Assembly: GCF_006345805.1 (NCBI RefSeq)
Contig: NW_021833417.1
Coordinates: forward strand, 1-64,000
Origin: Octopus sinensis
Lineage: Eukaryota
Direction: 5' to 3'
DNA length: 64,000 bases
Shown here: in pieces, positions 63,007-64,000 of the stretch
Layout of the letters: each line of letters starts with the position of its first letter
Numbering within the stretch: position 1 is the stretch's first letter
Made by a program: the position numbers and the translations under genes
The notes under the pieces: model-generated
What the model was told of the DNA's origin: nothing
Database searches by the model: none
The model's input: the letters and a program-made list of their open reading frames with translations, nothing else

Positions 63007-63973
63007 ATGCCAAGTTAGCGGTTATTGGTCTAAATATTAGTTTTCTTCATATTTTTCTTTCTACGGTTTCAAAGCCAAGAGAACAGCAATGGTTTAAACT
63101 CGAATATATTATCCACAGCTGCATCTACAAATACCACCTCATCAACCACCCCAATGACTACTCCCAACTCAACCTCTTCCTCGTCGACTACTCCGAGGAC
63201 GACTCCCAACTCGACTTCTTCCTCATCGACCACCCCGAGGACGACTTCCAACTCAACCTCTTCCTCATCGACTACCCCGAGGACGACAACCACCACAATC
63301 GGACCGATAACTACTCCTCCAAAACCATCAAAAATTCCAACGTGGATGTTTCGTGTGAATGGGACCATAAGAGCGTTAATAAGTGCGAATATAAATATCA
63401 CTTATTCCCTTGGAAATAAAGTATTCTCCCGGAAAGTCTACTTTTAGTCAAAAACTATCATCTTTGATCAGAAGGCAATGCTGAATGGAAGTATGCACAC
63501 CAAAAACTCAACTGAGCTGACTCTCTCCTATGAAAACGTGTCTTTGGTGTTCAATTCCTACTTGCTCAACTATAATTGTTACGAAATAAGCGACACTGAC
63601 CTTATCATTGGTATTCGGCTGTGTTCTCCCATTCTTAGGTGGAAAAGTGTTGAAATATACCAATATTTATGCACACACTGACCTGGGGGACTACTACACG
63701 TGCAACACTCAGGTCCTCAACTTCTCCGGGAATGCTTTCGTCCATTTCTCCCCACTGATGGTTCAATTTTTCCGGAATGACACTTCTCCGAAATTTATTG
63801 GGAATGGTCATTAAAGACGGGCTATTTTAGGCATTGACTGTATTCCGCGGAAGCAGCGTCAAAGCCTCGTTCCGATCATTGTGGGGTCCGTGATGGTCGG
63901 CTTCCTTGTTTTGGCAGTTATTGGGTTTTTCTCGGTGCGGACTTATCGACGAGGGCATTATCAACAAATTTAA
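63007..63973 (+). CDS. LAMP-family lysosomal membrane glycoprotein, 4 introns
   Basis: Hydrophobic N-terminus; Ser/Thr mucin stalk; LAMP-like domain (YYTCN, LMVQFF, DC); TM LVPIIVGSVMVGFLVLAVIGFF; C-terminal YxxPhi tail GHYQQI*. Confidence 0.88.
63157..63282 (+). repeat. 3 x 42-bp coding tandem repeat (TTPNSTSSSSTTPR)
   Basis: Directly visible; each unit carries an N-S-T sequon. Confidence 0.9.
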
Positions 63974-64000
63974 TCTTATTTTATTTTTGGTTTTTTAATC

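Noticed and set aside
63007-63040. TAG and TAA in frame at the LAMP N-terminus
   Set aside because: Both lie inside a canonical 27-nt intron, gttagcggttattggtctaaatattag.
62994-63419. Acidic repeat ORFs (141 aa plus strand, 110 aa minus strand)
   Set aside because: These are alternative frames of the LAMP Ser/Thr repeat.

Overview
Eukaryotic, almost certainly animal, nuclear DNA: it carries GATAD2/p66, a CPEB1-type gene, a DLG-type MAGUK, a LAMP and an animal-type MRPL2. Genes are densely packed and split by ultrashort spliceosomal introns, nearly all about 22-31 nt. This suggests a miniaturised or parasitic animal; dicyemid-like intron sizes fit, but host identity is only inference. The window is dominated by a near-identical duplication: 1..17938 recurs at 31489..49512. 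Copy 1 ends by fusing the 3' exon of an MFS transporter to the middle of a hAT transposase. Inside the duplicated or adjoining block, several normally essential genes (METTL14, MRPL2, WBP11, probably TAF1C and ABHD4) carry micro-deletions, frameshifts or truncation, while neighbours (DLG, C1orf131, GATAD2, ABCC/MRP copy 1) splice to open frames. Right of 49.5 kb the host genes (MFS, TPI, CPEB, BRF-like, LAMP) look intact. Transposons are abundant: three IR-DR Tc1 families, two hAT/Buster elements, Ginger-type elements, R4/Dong-like, CRE-like, RTE and APE-type LINE remnants, and a triple nest Tc1 > Ginger2 > hAT with all target-site duplications preserved. No rRNA, tRNA or CRISPR was seen. I found no clearly new biological system; the best leads are the duplication junction, the gene-specific decay of METTL14/MRPL2/WBP11, and the intron architecture. 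All gene models and homology calls were made by eye and from memory of the protein families, without database searches.
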